A stretch of 63,740 nt of DNA, filler included, from Saprolegnia diclina VS20 (GCF_000281045.1; 8 parts of 3 records of this genome joined end to end with filler, not necessarily neighbours in it), one strand, 5' to 3'. Positions 22,775 to 35,504 are shown, counted from the first letter of the whole stretch. Notes: a model not told the origin generated them from the letters alone. Numbers and translations: made by a program.

Positions 22775-23939
22775 AAGATCGACTAGGGCGCTAAAACAAC
22801 TCAACAAATGGACGAAATCAATTTTGCTTCAATTTTGCTTGAATTTTGATGCCAACTTGGGTTCACTTAAGGCACCCATCGGGCGAAAAGGGCGTGTATG
22901 GTCTGACTGTCTACCGGTGCAGCAAGGGGAAAGCGCGACGGGCTGCCCTCGGAAATCGCACGGATACGCCACTCTGGGAGGTCTTCACACCCACCTCGCG
23001 AACAGATTATCTCGGCTCTAGCGTGATAACTGTGATAACACTATTCTTCACATTCTTGAGCTTGCTAAACCGAGCTCACAGCCCTTGCATACGACTACGC
23101 CAGCAAGAGATTGTGACGACAGTGCGATGCATTTGCATGTCTACATCACCTCGCGTCGCTCTGCGGGAAATGATTCTACGTACCGTATAAGCCTCGGCGC
23201 CACTAGATCGCTGCTCCAGATGCCGAGAGACTGAGACGAAAGCGAAGTCTGGAGCTGACGTCGTCGCTCTGGATGCCACGAAAATTGCTCTCGCCACTTC
23301 AAGTCCAAGAAGAGTCAGCGATTTGGTACTATGAACTCTTCGCGGCCAAAACTACCGGTACGTTTGTGTCTACAGCACATAAATTCAACTGAGTTGATGT
23401 ACTCTTGGTTTGTGTACAAGAGACAATCCACTGGTTATGTTGAAAAACGCGTCACGTGCACCAATGGTTGACGTCTTGACACGACCGACTCGTCATCTTC
23501 GAGCTACGTGTCCTTTTGCGCGGGGGGCGGTTCGGCTGACGCAACGGGCAGCGAAAACAAGCAAAAACTGCCCACAATCGCCAACATGAGCCCGTAGTAC
23601 CTATTCAAAATTGTCAATTCTCAAAAAACTAAGAAAAATTGGGTACCCGGTGAGCGCGGTCCCAAACAAGAGCGACGCGAGGATCNNNNNNNNNNNNNNN
23701 NNNNNNNNNNNNNNNNNNNNNNNNNNNNNTTAATTAATTAANNNNNNNNNNNNNNNNNNNNNNNNNNNNNNNNNNNNNNNNNNNNAATGGCATAAGTTGT
23801 TGTACTTGAGCTCGCACCCCTTGTCTACCTCGATATCCGGACCGCCTAGACGATTCGGGATTCGGGACACGATTGTGGTCGACGCAGTACACTTATCTAG
23901 ACGACAAACGACACGTCATTTGCATTACACTGTTAACGC

Positions 23940-25028
23940 TCAATCGCGATGCTCGGACGGTGTCGCCACGCCTTCGTAGTACGCGAGGACATAGTCGTCG
24001 GCGTCGGCAGTGACCAAGAGAAAGCGGCGTTTCTGCCATTGCCATAGACCAATCGCCATGGTCGTCGTGATGCCCGCAAGTATGGTCGCGATCATTTGCA
24101 TCGGAAAGACGTAGCGTTCCGCGTCCCGCGCGAGCGCACTGTAGCAGCCATAGGGCATCGTGGCCAGACTGCGCAAGCCGTAGTACCGGTACCATCGGCC
24201 CGGCTCGTAGTGCAGCTGGTAGCTCTCGACGCGGTCGCTCATGTACATGGTGCAAAAGGCTCCAAACACAGCGTCGGTTTCGCGCATGGGGCACAGCCGT
24301 CGAAGCGCCGACCCCAAATGCAGTGGGTCACTGGTCGCTTCCATGATGCGCTCGCAGCCCGCGCACGCGGCCTCGATACCTGCATCGTTTTTCGTCGTCT
24401 CTCGGCGCATCGCACAGTACGCGTTCAGCGTCATGTTGGGCGACACGCGGCGTCCCTCTAGCACCTGTGGTAATGACGACGTGATGAGGTCGCTCACACT
24501 TGCGCGGGTCGCGTTCTCGTCGGCGAGACCGCCGCCGTTTGCAAGGCTCACGCGGATCGGCAGGGTGTCACAAAACACCTTGCCTTCGGTGTTGCAGTAC
24601 GCCTCGTCGATTGCGCGGTACGGAGTTTGGTCTGGCATGGTCAGCGAGACATCGTACTGGTGGAGGTACGGGTTCCTCGTCGCATTCCTCACGGGTCGAC
24701 GGAAGAACAGAGCGTCGTCCAGCTCCAGTAGCGCGCGGTCCATTGTGTTGAAGAAGACGAGGAAGCCGATGCCATACATTGTCGCGCTACAAATCGCAAG
24801 CACGGCGGCCAGCGGCAGCACGGACCCGTGGCGCTTGAGGCGCAGGCCGAGGACGAGGCCGACGCCAGCGACAACCAGCGTGGTGGCCGAGAGCGCCATG
24901 AGGACGTCTCGGTGCAAGTAGATGCTGGGCCAAAAGACGCGACTTGCAATGAACGTGCAGAGACCAAATGCCAAGGCAGCGACGTCCAGCGTGAGGTAGA
25001 CACACACGAGGAGTCGAAGCTGCTGCAT
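23940..25028 (-). CDS. Hypothetical membrane protein with 3 N-terminal TMs, a large Cys-containing loop and 1 C-terminal TM (tetraspanin-like topology)
   Basis: Long intronless ORF from MQQLRLLVCVYL with the hydrophobic pattern described and a DDYVL tail. Confidence 0.7.
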   Translation of the reverse strand: MQQLRLLVCVYLTLDVAALAFGLCTFIASRVFWPSIYLHRDVLMALSATTLVVAGVGLVLGLRLKRHGSVLPLAAVLAICSATMYGIGFLVFFNTMDRALLELDDALFFRRPVRNATRNPYLHQYDVSLTMPDQTPYRAIDEAYCNTEGKVFCDTLPIRVSLANGGGLADENATRASVSDLITSSLPQVLEGRRVSPNMTLNAYCAMRRETTKNDAGIEAACAGCERIMEATSDPLHLGSALRRLCPMRETDAVFGAFCTMYMSDRVESYQLHYEPGRWYRYYGLRSLATMPYGCYSALARDAERYVFPMQMIATILAGITTTMAIGLWQWQKRRFLLVTADADDYVLAYYEGVATPSEHRD

Positions 25029-25603
25029 TTGGCGTTGGACACGGAAATGGACGCAACTGCAAACTGGCCAAGATGGTCCCATGCACTAAAAACACGCCAC
25101 TTGGCCTGTCGCTGCACCACGTCATGGCCTTCGTGAGAGTACTACCGGTATGCTACTAGTCCTTCGTGGGACGAGACGCTGAGGGCGCCTTCAACACTTT
25201 CAGTTGAAGAGTTTGCTTGCGATGCGTCGTTTCGCCTAAGCTGAAGCGCCAAAAAGAGGCGTGCCGAGGCCGTCGCATTCACATTGGCTTCGCCCCATGG
25301 CTGCCTTCACTCGCAACAAGCGACGAGTTGGACGCTCCCCACCATCATCCGCTGCGTGTAGACCCAAGCTTGATGAGGCACGCTTCAACGACGACCAGCG
25401 CACTGCACCATACACAAAGCATGGTACGGGCAATGGCATGACGACCTTTGTGCCCTTGGTATTCGTTGGGGCATCAAGACAGGAGCCGCACGTATCAATG
25501 CCTTGGGTACGTAGTTGTATGGTTCATAGGCGTCCACAAGAAATCAGAACTTATTTGTGCGGGTATTGATGTATATTTGTCAAAAATGGGCAAAGCGAGG
25601 CAG

Positions 25604-26751
25604 TTACTTCCACACCGTGTGGTCAATATCGTCTTCGTCCATCACGTCATCGTCCGTCATGAGTTCCGACATGCCATACTTGTCCATGTACTCGTCCTCC
25701 GAAAGGTGGCCGTAGAGCCGGTGCTTGTCGTTGACCATGTTTTCCCAGTGCTTTTCGAGCTGCAGCATCTTGCGGGTTTCTACCAATGGATCGTATTCGC
25801 GTTTGGATAGTTGGATAGTTGGGATGGATACCTTCGGTCATGAAATGCACGACAATCGTGTTAATGTCGGCAATCATCCAGTCGTCGCAGTCGCGGCCCT
25901 CGACGACGTAGCCAAAGTCGTCGTCCATCGACCGCGCCTTCATCGAGAGGATCACCATGTCGGCCATGCGCCGCATGTGGGCGCGCGATCGACCGGTGCA
26001 AAACACCATGTGCTCGGCGAGGCTCGACTTGCCGGCCAAGTCGATCGTGTAGACGTCAATGGCCTGCTCCCGCGCCAGCGCCGGGAGGAGTTCGTCCATC
26101 GTAATGTACGTGCTACGAGACCATCAGAGCATGCAAGCGCCCCGGATCGTACTTTGTGACGGGGGCAATGATGTCGGCGTGGCGCGACCCGGCGTCCGGC
26201 AGCGTCCAGTCGTAGGCTGGCGACGCCGGGTCCGCGACGTCGTCGTCGTTCGCACTGCCCGGCGCAAAGTTGAGCGGCGCCGAGTCGTCAAGGTACATGC
26301 GCACGAGCTCGTCGTAACCCTTGGCCGCGTCGTCTTCCGTCCAGAACTCGCCGGCGTCAACCTCGACCTCGCCGACTTCAAGGCTTGCACTCCACTTTTT
26401 GATGCGCGACTCGTGGAAGGTCACACCACGGAAGCGCTCGGACGCCACGCCCACGTCCTCGACAATGGCCTCATTGAGAGCGTCCTCTCCATTCTCCTCT
26501 TCATCGTCGTCTTCATCGTCGTCTTCATCGTCGTCTTCATCGTCGTCATCGTTGGTGATGGTGATCTTGGTCTCGTCGTCTGCCTTCAACATGGCGCGGG
26601 ACACATGCAGGCTGCGCGTGGCAAGACCATGCAGCGACGACGCCATCGGCGGAAGCGTGCGGGCGCGGGCCCATGCAGCCGACGGCAGCGGCTTCTTCGC
26701 AGCGAGCTGGCGGCCCACAGCCCGGCGGATGGCGGAGGATACGACGCGCAT
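25604..26751 (-). CDS. rsfS: Mitochondrial ribosomal silencing factor RsfS/Iojap (MALSU1-like), spliced
   Basis: Transit-peptide-like MRVVSSAIRR; acidic tract; AIDVYTIDL, MVFCTGRSRAHM, VEGRDCDDWMIADINTIVVHFM, RKMLQLEKHW. Confidence 0.88.
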
Positions 26752-26990
26752 GTTCGGCAAGTTCAAATTGAGTTCATTGGTCAACCTCTCGTCGAGGCTA
26801 TCCGGACATACCGGATACCCTACCTTTAAACGTTATTCGCGTCTTTTACCTCGTGTTTACCCGTCGAGGTTAAAGTATGGTGTCGTTGGTGGCGCAGTAG
26901 CGTCGTTGGCTCGTGGTACGTTGGTACCTGTATGGCACAGGGCTTGGAGCATGTCCTTGCTGCGACTTGGAGCATCGCGCTAGTTGCGAC

Positions 26991-28867
26991 ATGGAACGTC
27001 GCCTGGGCGGCGATCTGCGTTTAAACAAATTAAACGCATTCGGTTCTGTGTTTAAGCAGAGATCCCGGTGACCCGGGGCTCGATTAGCATCGTGACAGCA
27101 GGATTTTATGCACCCCGGGGTACGACGCGAAGGATGTGCAAAAGATATTTCCTGCCCGACGAGATGCGGTCGTCGACGGCCGTGGCCGCGAGCGCGCCGT
27201 CGCCGCCTCGTCCAGCGGCGCCGTCGCTGCTGCTCAAGACATCGGCCATGCAGTCGGCGCTCTTTGAGCCATCGGCCAAGGGTATTACGATCGGGTCTGG
27301 CGCGTCGAATCGGTTTTGCATCGCGTCGGATGCGTCTGTAGGTGGCCACCCGCGACGTCGAGCCTTAGGCTATGGCATGTAGGTGGACCTTCACCACGCG
27401 ACGCTCGAGCACACGGCGGTACATGGCATCTGGGTCTACGTGGACCACAGCCGCCATGGCTCGTACGATCGAGACGCGTGCCATGTGCATCGGTCCGCGG
27501 CGATCGTGGGCGATGGCGACACATTCATGCTTGGCGCAACCCAAGTGCAGATCCATTTTTACACATCTGTGCCGAGCACCTCGCAGCAATCCCATCACGG
27601 GCTGCAGCATCTGGTCACGGCGCCGTCGCGGGCGATCGCGCCGCCCGACTACACCAACTCGCCGCTGCCCAAGCACAAGCGGGCGCAGCACCGCCCGACC
27701 GAGTTTTCGTTCGACCCGCTGCATTTCCAAAAGCTCCATGCGACGTCCGTGCCGCTCGAGTATGCTGCGTCGCCGCCCGTCGCGAATCGCCTCCACGTCG
27801 GACCGGTACATTTCGACGGATGGCCGCAAAATCATGTTGGTCCTAGACTGCAGCGACGAAACCAGCACCGTCCAAGCGTGACGACCTACGCATACTAGTG
27901 TCCAAGAAGATGGCGAACCTCAACCCCAAGCCATCGGTGCTGCATGCGTCACCGACGACGCCACCGCACCTCGTCGCGGGGCATCACCACCAAATTCCTC
28001 TGCCCCGCAAGACGATGCCAACGTTCGCCTTGGACATTGAACCGCTGCGATCGGCGACACCGTCGACATCGACGCGCGTCTCGTCATCCATGTATGACGA
28101 CGACGGCATGGACGACGATGTCTTCTCGAGCGTCGACAGCAGCGCGCCGACCGAGGTTGCCAAGTACCGCGATTCGGTGCTGCGTCCATCTCTCTTTGCA
28201 TCGCCTTATACTAGTATGGTGCTAGCTCGAGTCGCTGGGTAGTGACAACCAAAGCAGCAGAAGCAGCAGTGACGAAGACGACGCCATGGCGCCGCGGTCC
28301 AATGACCACTACACACCCAACATTCCTCCCCGGCGTGTAATTGACGGCGACGACCTTGAGACGCAGCATCGTTTGATCGCCTCGCTTCGGCTCAAGCGCG
28401 TCCAGCCCAAGATCCAGACGTCGCCGCAAGCACTGCTCTCGCCGTACAAGACGGCCAAGTCCCTGCGCCACGACCCGCTCCAATTTTACATGGAGTCGCC
28501 GCGCGAAGCGTCGTCGTACTTTGACTATAAGGAGCACTAGGGCCATCGACGGCCGCCACCATTGTACAGCGGCTTGTCGCGGACGTCGCTTCCTGCATCC
28601 CGGCAGAGACGGGCGGTTTTGTCATGAAATTTGCGTACCTACTATTTGTCAACAAAAAGGAATGACATGTTTGTTTGCTCCTGCCTTTGCTCGGTCGATG
28701 GGGTTGCCGATGAGCTCAACCAGCTGGCATTCAACCCTGGCCAGAGCCACGAGGCGGCGTCACACCACCGGCTCCGTGACGGCTCACCCAGTCGTTGCCT
28801 CGCTTCTCGACATCGCGCGACGAAGCGATGCGATACGAGCGCAATAAGATCTGCAAGAACGGTATAG
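26991..28867 (+). CDS. FHA-like domain protein with a low-complexity C-terminal region (spliced; ends approximate)
   Basis: After removing a GT..AG intron at about 27337-27382: ITIGSGASNRFCIASDASVDLHHATL...VYVDHSRHGSY...GDGDTFMLGATQVQIHF, an FHA-like pattern. Confidence 0.55.
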
Positions 28868-29519
28868 AGCTATACTATAAGACTAAACTAAAGCCTGCGA
28901 CAAGAGGAAGCAGTTTCCTCCCAACATGGCGCTTCCTCCTCCCGTCCCACGGCGAAAGATCGCGTGGCCGGCTTCTTTTTATGGCGCCGGCTAGGCTTAT
29001 ACAATTATTTTACCAGAATATTCCTGTAAACTTGGACTTTGTATGAAACACGCGATTTCTCGAAATAAAATGCGAGGGATGCGGCCGTTTCAAGCCTCTA
29101 GCCAATCGCATCGCGTGTGCGCCGCACTGTCCATTTTCATTGGTCAGTGGCACACACCGGTTTTGCACTCAACTTGAAGCTGATTGCGTTTCATTATACC
29201 GGACCTGGTTAAACTGAAAATTTGTATACATATACAAACCGCGAGATGTATATTAGAAAAGCCAGAGCCGGGCGACGCATACAAACCGTAGGTGCAAAGC
29301 GGTTGCAAAAAAAGCCCATTTGAATGGGATGCATTTTATTGTAATAATATTATACCGCGACGTCACAGGCCGTCGGGTCATTTGCGCATTTTTGGCCGAC
29401 GTCGCTTCCTCTGCCACCGTCCTCGCCGTCGACGCCAGCTGCTACCGTGACACTCGCCTGCGACTTGCGCTCCATCGCCTTGACGCTGCCCATTCACCAT
29501 ACCGCCTTTGACGACCAGC

Positions 29520-30122
29520 ATGCAGTGCTCTGGCCAAGGCTCTTGCGAGACCATACTAGCACCCAAGTCGATGCTGCCCACCGTGCGTAAGAGCATAAGC
29601 GACAACCAGCTCGACGACATGAGCGCGATCGGCGCCGTGGAAATTGAAGACTCGCACCACGACATCCAGCCCATGATTGCGAATGAGCAGACGCTGCGCA
29701 AGGAGCGCAAGCGCTGCAAAAGCCTCGAGCTTGTCTACAGCGACGACGAAGCGTCGACGGCCACGTCGACGGTCTCGCTCGTCACGACACCGCCCAGCAG
29801 CACCAAGAAGGGCAACTGCGTCGTCCAGACGCGCTGCACAAGCTACGAAAAGCTGTGCCTCTGCGAAGTCAAGCAGCACCGGTCGGCTGCGTCGTGCTGG
29901 CTCGTCGCCAACGGCATCGTGTACGACGTGACCGACGTCATGGCCCAGCACCCGGCAGGCATCAAGTGCATCCTCCGCAAGTCGGGCGGCGTCGACTGCG
30001 CGCAGGACATGAAGTTTCACTCGAAAGCAGCCCAAAGCTGCTGGTCGAAATGCAAGATTGGCATGTTGCAGCCATGTGGCGACGTGCCCGAAGCCAACGA
30101 GAGCGCGTGCGCGATCATGTAA
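29520..30122 (+). CDS. Cytochrome b5-like heme-binding protein with C-terminal CaaX motif
   Basis: EVKQH..SCWLVANGIVYDVT..QHPAG..GGVDCAQDMKFHSKAA..KIG; ends CAIM*. Confidence 0.88.
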   Translation: MQCSGQGSCETILAPKSMLPTVRKSISDNQLDDMSAIGAVEIEDSHHDIQPMIANEQTLRKERKRCKSLELVYSDDEASTATSTVSLVTTPPSSTKKGNCVVQTRCTSYEKLCLCEVKQHRSAASCWLVANGIVYDVTDVMAQHPAGIKCILRKSGGVDCAQDMKFHSKAAQSCWSKCKIGMLQPCGDVPEANESACAIM

Positions 30123-30474
30123 GCCGCTCTCGCTTATTTATTGTCGCCTAGTTGTAAGTTAACCATTGGCATCTGTGATGATCGATGGCGCCCGATTCTA
30201 ATTTTATTTCCCATCCTTTGATCGATAACCATGCGAGCTACACTAGACGATGCTGTCGAGCTACGTCAACCTCTCTACGTAACAAATACGATCACAGTGC
30301 GTCCAGAGACTCAACGCAGGTCCCAAAATGGACCAAGGACGGAATGGCCACCACCGTCGCTCGGCCTTTCTGCTTGGCGTCGGACAAGACAATGCAAGCG
30401 CAGACGCAAGACAATGAGCGATGGTCCTCTTACATGGTTACCGCCACGTCGACGGCGAGGTTCGCTTTGCGTGT

Positions 30475-31080
30475 CTAGGTGAACTGCTTCATAAACTCGG
30501 TCGCGACGACGCGGCCACGGGCGTTGAGGTTGATCTTCATTTCGCTGATCTCCTTGTCAATGTCTTCCATAAACTGGATGATAAAGTCCACGAGCTTGTG
30601 CTTGTACAGGTTCTCCAAGTGGCCATGCGTGATGAGAAAGCTCATGTCGTAGCCCTACCCTTCGCATGAGCGATGGAATGCGTAGCGCCTCGTACCTCGA
30701 TGGGCTTGCGGCGAAGGATGATGAATTGCTCGGCGCGTTGCATGAGGAAGCGCGAAAACTTGTGGCACAGGATGCTCTCGATCTCGTCGGCTTGCTTGAT
30801 GCAGATCGAGACGCGCGCCGAGTTGATGCTGGGCTCAATGCAGCACTTTTCGTTTTCGTTGCGGCAAATCACGATCGGCGTCAAGATGAGCTCCTTGCTC
30901 ATGCGCACCTCGACCTCGGGCTTGTTGTGGCGCTCGACGACCTGCGACGGGAAGTTTTGCAGGCAGAGCGCGCCGTCCAGCGTCGCGCGGATCGCGTTCA
31001 GGTACGGCGCCAGCGTGTTCGCCTACAGAGGCCATGCCATGAGCCATGAGCCATCGCCGTCGGCGGCGGCGGCGTACCAT
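30475..31080 (-). CDS. ARPC4: Arp2/3 complex subunit 4 (p20-Arc)
   Basis: ATG, intron 31077-31023, then [38 protein letters not shown]...[18 protein letters not shown], intron 30695-30655, then GYDMSFLIT...EFMKQFT*. Confidence 0.96.
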
Positions 31081-31479
31081 GGCTGCAGCGGCGAAGTCGG
31101 CGAAACAAAGATTAGGTTGCCAGCCGCAGGCGACGTAATCCCTTGAAACTTGATACAAATATGCATTTCAAGAGAATACCAAGACATAAATATTTAGTGT
31201 GTATCATTCGGCTATGCAATCTATATAGTGTGAAAATGTACGGTCTACGCCGCCGGCCGTGCTGCATGGCTCTTGTTGAAGCACGTGTCCATGGCGCCGA
31301 TGTGCGTCAATGTAAAGCTGTGTGCTAGGCGCCGGTGTGGACAGTTGGAAAAGGACGCGCGGTGTATTGACGGCCATCGTCCCATGCGTGACATGCGCAC
31401 ACTATTTGCGTCAATAGGACAGTATTTAGAATCAGGATCGGGGAATACTGTCACAACCATTTCCACGCGTCGCGTCCCC

Positions 31480-32157
31480 ATGTCCGTGGTCGGTTGCCAT
31501 GCTTGTGACGAAGGATGGTCGCCTCATGCAGCATGACCTTCCATTAGATCTGCATTGGGCCCGTGTGCATCCCGATCTACTCGCTGCTGCCGTTCTTGCT
31601 GCTCTTCCTGCAGCGCTGCTGGGGCTGGCTCACCGGGAAGGCCAAGGTTGAGGACGATGCTTCCGCGACCGAGGGCGCGACCACCGCCGACGGATCGTCG
31701 ACGCTGCGTCAGCGCAAGGGCGGGCCGACCAACGTGATCACTATGACCTCCACGGCGCACTGGAAGGAGCACTTGGCCATGACGTCCGAGCGCCCGGTAC
31801 ATGCGAGCAGTCGCTTGGACGCAATCGCTCATGTCGTCCTGTGCACTAGCTCATTGTCGACTTTACGGCCACGTGGTGTGGCCCATGCAAGAAGATTGCT
31901 CCGTTTTTTGCCGAGCTCAGCGGACGCTACCCGCGTGGTATCTTTGTCAAGGTCGACGTCGACGAGCTCGACGTACGTTAACTTCGACCATTATGCATGG
32001 AGACATGGGCTCACGCATGCGATAGGACGTCATGAGCAGCTGCGGCGTCCGCGCCATGCCCACCTTCCAAGTCTACAAGTACCAGAAGAAGGCCGACGAG
32101 CTTGTCGGTGCCAACCCGGCAGAGCTCGAGCGCCTCGTCGCCCGCCACTGCAGCTAA
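31480..32157 (+). CDS. Thioredoxin with N-terminal Cys/hydrophobic extension (copy 1, spliced)
   Basis: [22 protein letters not shown]-terminus; [39 protein letters not shown]. Confidence 0.88.
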
Positions 32158-32681
32158 TCGACGTGACTGCTGCAGTCTTCGCACGAAGCCACGTATATAC
32201 TATGGCTTTGATATCACCAACTCAATAAGTTGTCTACTGGCGAGACACGAGAATAAGAAAAGATAAGACTTGCAACTGCAACCTTCTAAACTCTTGCCAA
32301 GCGCAAAAACCACCGGCAGTCGATGCGCATGCATTTGCTCGCGATGTACAACCCCCAGGGGTGCAGCGAGGAGTCCGCCAGTTGAAATACGATCCAGCAT
32401 CGCGGACCACGGACTGCAGCGTTGTGCACGAGCGGCTGTATGATTGTTTGTGGCACTTGCCATAAATAACCACATTTTGCCAGAAATAGCCACCGTGGGC
32501 ACGAGCCGGTGAGCGGAGGTCGCACGATCGGCCAAATCATGCTTGGAAATGTAATCGCTCGTACTTACCACCGTGATAGAAGACACTTTGGAGAGCTCGA
32601 AATGCCATGTGGCGCCGCCGTGCGAGCTCTGTAGGCAGAGAAAATGACAAAGGCTCTCGCTACGAGTAGGCGGATGCAGGA

Positions 32682-32768
32682 ATTACGGATAATGCAACGT
32701 ATTACGGATGATGCAGCGTATTACGGGTAATGTAGCATATTACAGATAACGGTAGCATATTACGGATA
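32682..32768 (+). repeat. Degenerate 19-20-bp tandem repeat (about 4.5 units) upstream of thioredoxin copy 2
   Basis: ATTACGGATAATGCAACGT / ATTACGGATGATGCAGCGT / ATTACGGGTAATGTAGCAT / ATTACAGATAACGGTAGCAT / ATTACGGATA. Confidence 0.85.
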
Positions 32769-32819
32769 CGATGCCAAACATTCTCGCCACTTGCGAAGTC
32801 GGACGCCGCCAGCATATCC

Positions 32820-33501
32820 ATGACCTGCGTACGCGTCCCTCGACAAGCTGCGAGACTGGATGGCTCTTGACGCTGGCTACACCGTAGATCTGCATTGGCC
32901 CTCTGTGCCTGCCCATGGAGGCCGTCCTTCCGTTCCTCCTCGCGCTCCTCTACAAGGCGTGGGCGTGGCTCACAGGCAGCGCGGCGCCCCAAGTGACCGC
33001 CACCGCTTCGTGCTGCGCCGCCGAGCCCGGAAGCGCTGGCGCCGACGGCTCCCAATTGCGCCAGCGCAAGGGCGTGAGCTCGATTGTTGCGGTCCATACA
33101 CGTGCCGAGTGGGACGCGCTGCTGGCGTCGAGCCGCCCCGTACGCGACACAGAGCGATCTCGCGTGCTGAGTGACGGCGTGTAGGTGATTGTCGACTTTA
33201 CAGCCACGTGGTGCGGTCCGTGCAAGAAGATTGCGCCCACCTTTGACGCGCTCAGCGAGCAGTACCCGTCGCTGATGTTTTTCAAGATCGATGTCGATGC
33301 GTGCGATGTACGTCGATCGATGATCCACTGGGCAGCATGGACATCACGGTGCGATAGGACATTGCCGCGACCTGCGGTGTCTCGGCCATGCCAACGTTCC
33401 ATGTCTATGTGTCGGGCCGCAAGCAGGACGAGCTCTGTGGCGCCAACCCGTCCAAGCTCACGGCGCTCGTTGAGCGCTACGCCGCCTCGTCGTCCGACTA
33501 G
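32820..33501 (+). CDS. Thioredoxin with N-terminal Cys/hydrophobic extension (copy 2, spliced)
   Basis: [57 protein letters not shown]; intron positions match copy 1. Confidence 0.88.
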
Positions 33502-33931
33502 CATGCGACGCTGTAGAGCTGCATCAAGTAAACGCTAGCTGTAATACGTAGTGCTCGTACGTGGAGTGCGTATTTGACGCCTTTGAGGCTCTTTTTTGCG
33601 TCTCCGTTTGGGCTATGGGCTCGTAGCCATCAACGTCATTCAGTCGCCCGCCGCTTGTGATCGGGTGGCAGCTCTCCCGCCTCTCGGCTATATCCTTGCT
33701 CCACAGCTGTACCTTTGGACTTTGGGAATGCAAGACGTCATGCGATTCGAGTGCACTCACGATGGCAACTAAGGACAACGCTGGCTTCCGGTCTACGATT
33801 GCCAGTGGTTTTCATCGCTATCGGTATCTGTCGTTCCCGTAGCATATCGCTCATAACGTGTCGACATATTTTTCATGTTTAATTGGAAGTCACTTTCTCA
33901 AGTCGTCTAACGATTTATGACAACAATCAGA

Positions 33932-34965
33932 TTACGCAAGCAATGTTTGGGACGCTTCGCCTTCTTTCTTTGTACTCGGACACGACTTTGCGCGGAGCTT
34001 GATCGACTCGGAATGCGAGATGATGCCAATGCCAAGAAAGATGCCGCCGACGCCGAGGCTGTAGAGCACCCAGTTGACGAGCGACTCGTCGTTCATGTCG
34101 CTGAAGAAGCAAATGCCCGAGATCGCACCGGCCGCGAGGAGCGTCGACTCGTAGAGGTAGATGACGAAGAGCGCGTCATACAGGCGCAGCGCCAAATTGA
34201 GGAGGCGCAAGCCCATGAGAGCAAAGGAGATGGCACCGGCGCCCACGAGATAGGCGAGCGGCGTGGTAAAGAGCACCTACACGCACGTTGGAACCGCTTA
34301 AAGGACATAGTAAATGACAGACCTTGACGCCGTTTTGAAGGAGGCGGAGGAGTGCGGTCATGCAGTAGAGCTGGCCCGAGAGACTGCCCGCGAGGATCGC
34401 GAGAGAGACGCGGCACGACACAGTCTTGTGGCTTGTCGAGCCTGTCGAGGCGGTCAAGGCGGCGCGGGCAAAATACCGCAAAACGAGACTCGAGACGAGA
34501 AATACGGTAAAATACACTTCAAACGCAAGGCTTGTGAAATGCGATGCGAGCTCGTCGACTGGAATCTTGTGCGTCTTGTGGCTGCCCGTGATGGACACGA
34601 GGATGCAGCTGGCAAAGACGACGGCCGCGCCGACAATGTCCTACTCACGTCAGGGACATCATAGCACGGCAGAGAAGGGTAAGTACCCGTCCCCAGAGCG
34701 GCTCGTCAAGGATCCAAGGCGAAAAGATCGTGTTCCATACGATACAGAGGCCACCCATGGGCGCGAGCAGCGACTGCGGCGCAAAGTTGAAGGCGGAGAT
34801 GCAGAAGAGCGGGTTGAGCAGCACGATGCAGGCCATGCCCATCGCCCACATGGCGCGGCTATGGCGCTGGAACGAGAGCTTGAGGAGGATCTTGCCGAGG
34901 ACGCCGATGATCGACGCGATCGCACTCAGCAGCACGCCCAGCGGCCACCCGAGAAAGCTGTCCAT
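33932..34965 (-). CDS. NIPA-family magnesium transporter (DMT superfamily), spliced
   Basis: GKILLKLS, WAMGM, AFNFAPQSLLAPMGGLCIVWN, LNLALRLYDALFVI, SGICFFSD. Confidence 0.85.
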
Positions 34966-35504
34966 GCCTCCCTTCTTGGTCGCCCGCCTGTCTGCGAATA
35001 TGCAAAGCTTCGGGTTGCCGTTTCGAACCGGATACACTCCATGTATCCGGATAAAAGTATTTTGGCGTCGCAGCGGTTACTCGAACGGTTTGCTAACGGC
35101 TACAAGTTGGTCTGTCTGCAATATGTCGTGAAAAAGCATCTACGTACTTGTAGCCGATAGCTCTCTGTAGAGGGTGCGAGTAGGACGGGTACTGTGCTTG
35201 ACAGCGGTAAATGCATGCACATGAAAGGGTGAACGAGGCAAGACGTGGTCGGCTGGGCTAGCCCGGGATGACTGCAAGGAACGCTAGACTGTTTCGTGGC
35301 GGGATCACCACGGTGCGTCGCTATTCTTGCCATTGTTAAAGGCGCTGCGATGCATCAAGTAGCGTTGAGTTGTCGTGGTCGCCATAGCGTGTTGTAAACT
35401 AGCTCGATTTCTCTGGCGTCTCTCGATGCATTCTCATTCTTTGTGTATATCATTCATTGTGCGGTTATAAATTGCCATACAAAGCAGTGTAGCATCGTCC
35501 CCAA

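Noticed and set aside
26499..26550. 12-bp tandem repeat
   Set aside because: Simply encodes the acidic DDDE tract of RsfS; ordinary low-complexity coding sequence.
32682..32768. CRISPR-like array
   Set aside because: Units are contiguous with no unique spacers, there are no cas genes, and the context is eukaryotic.
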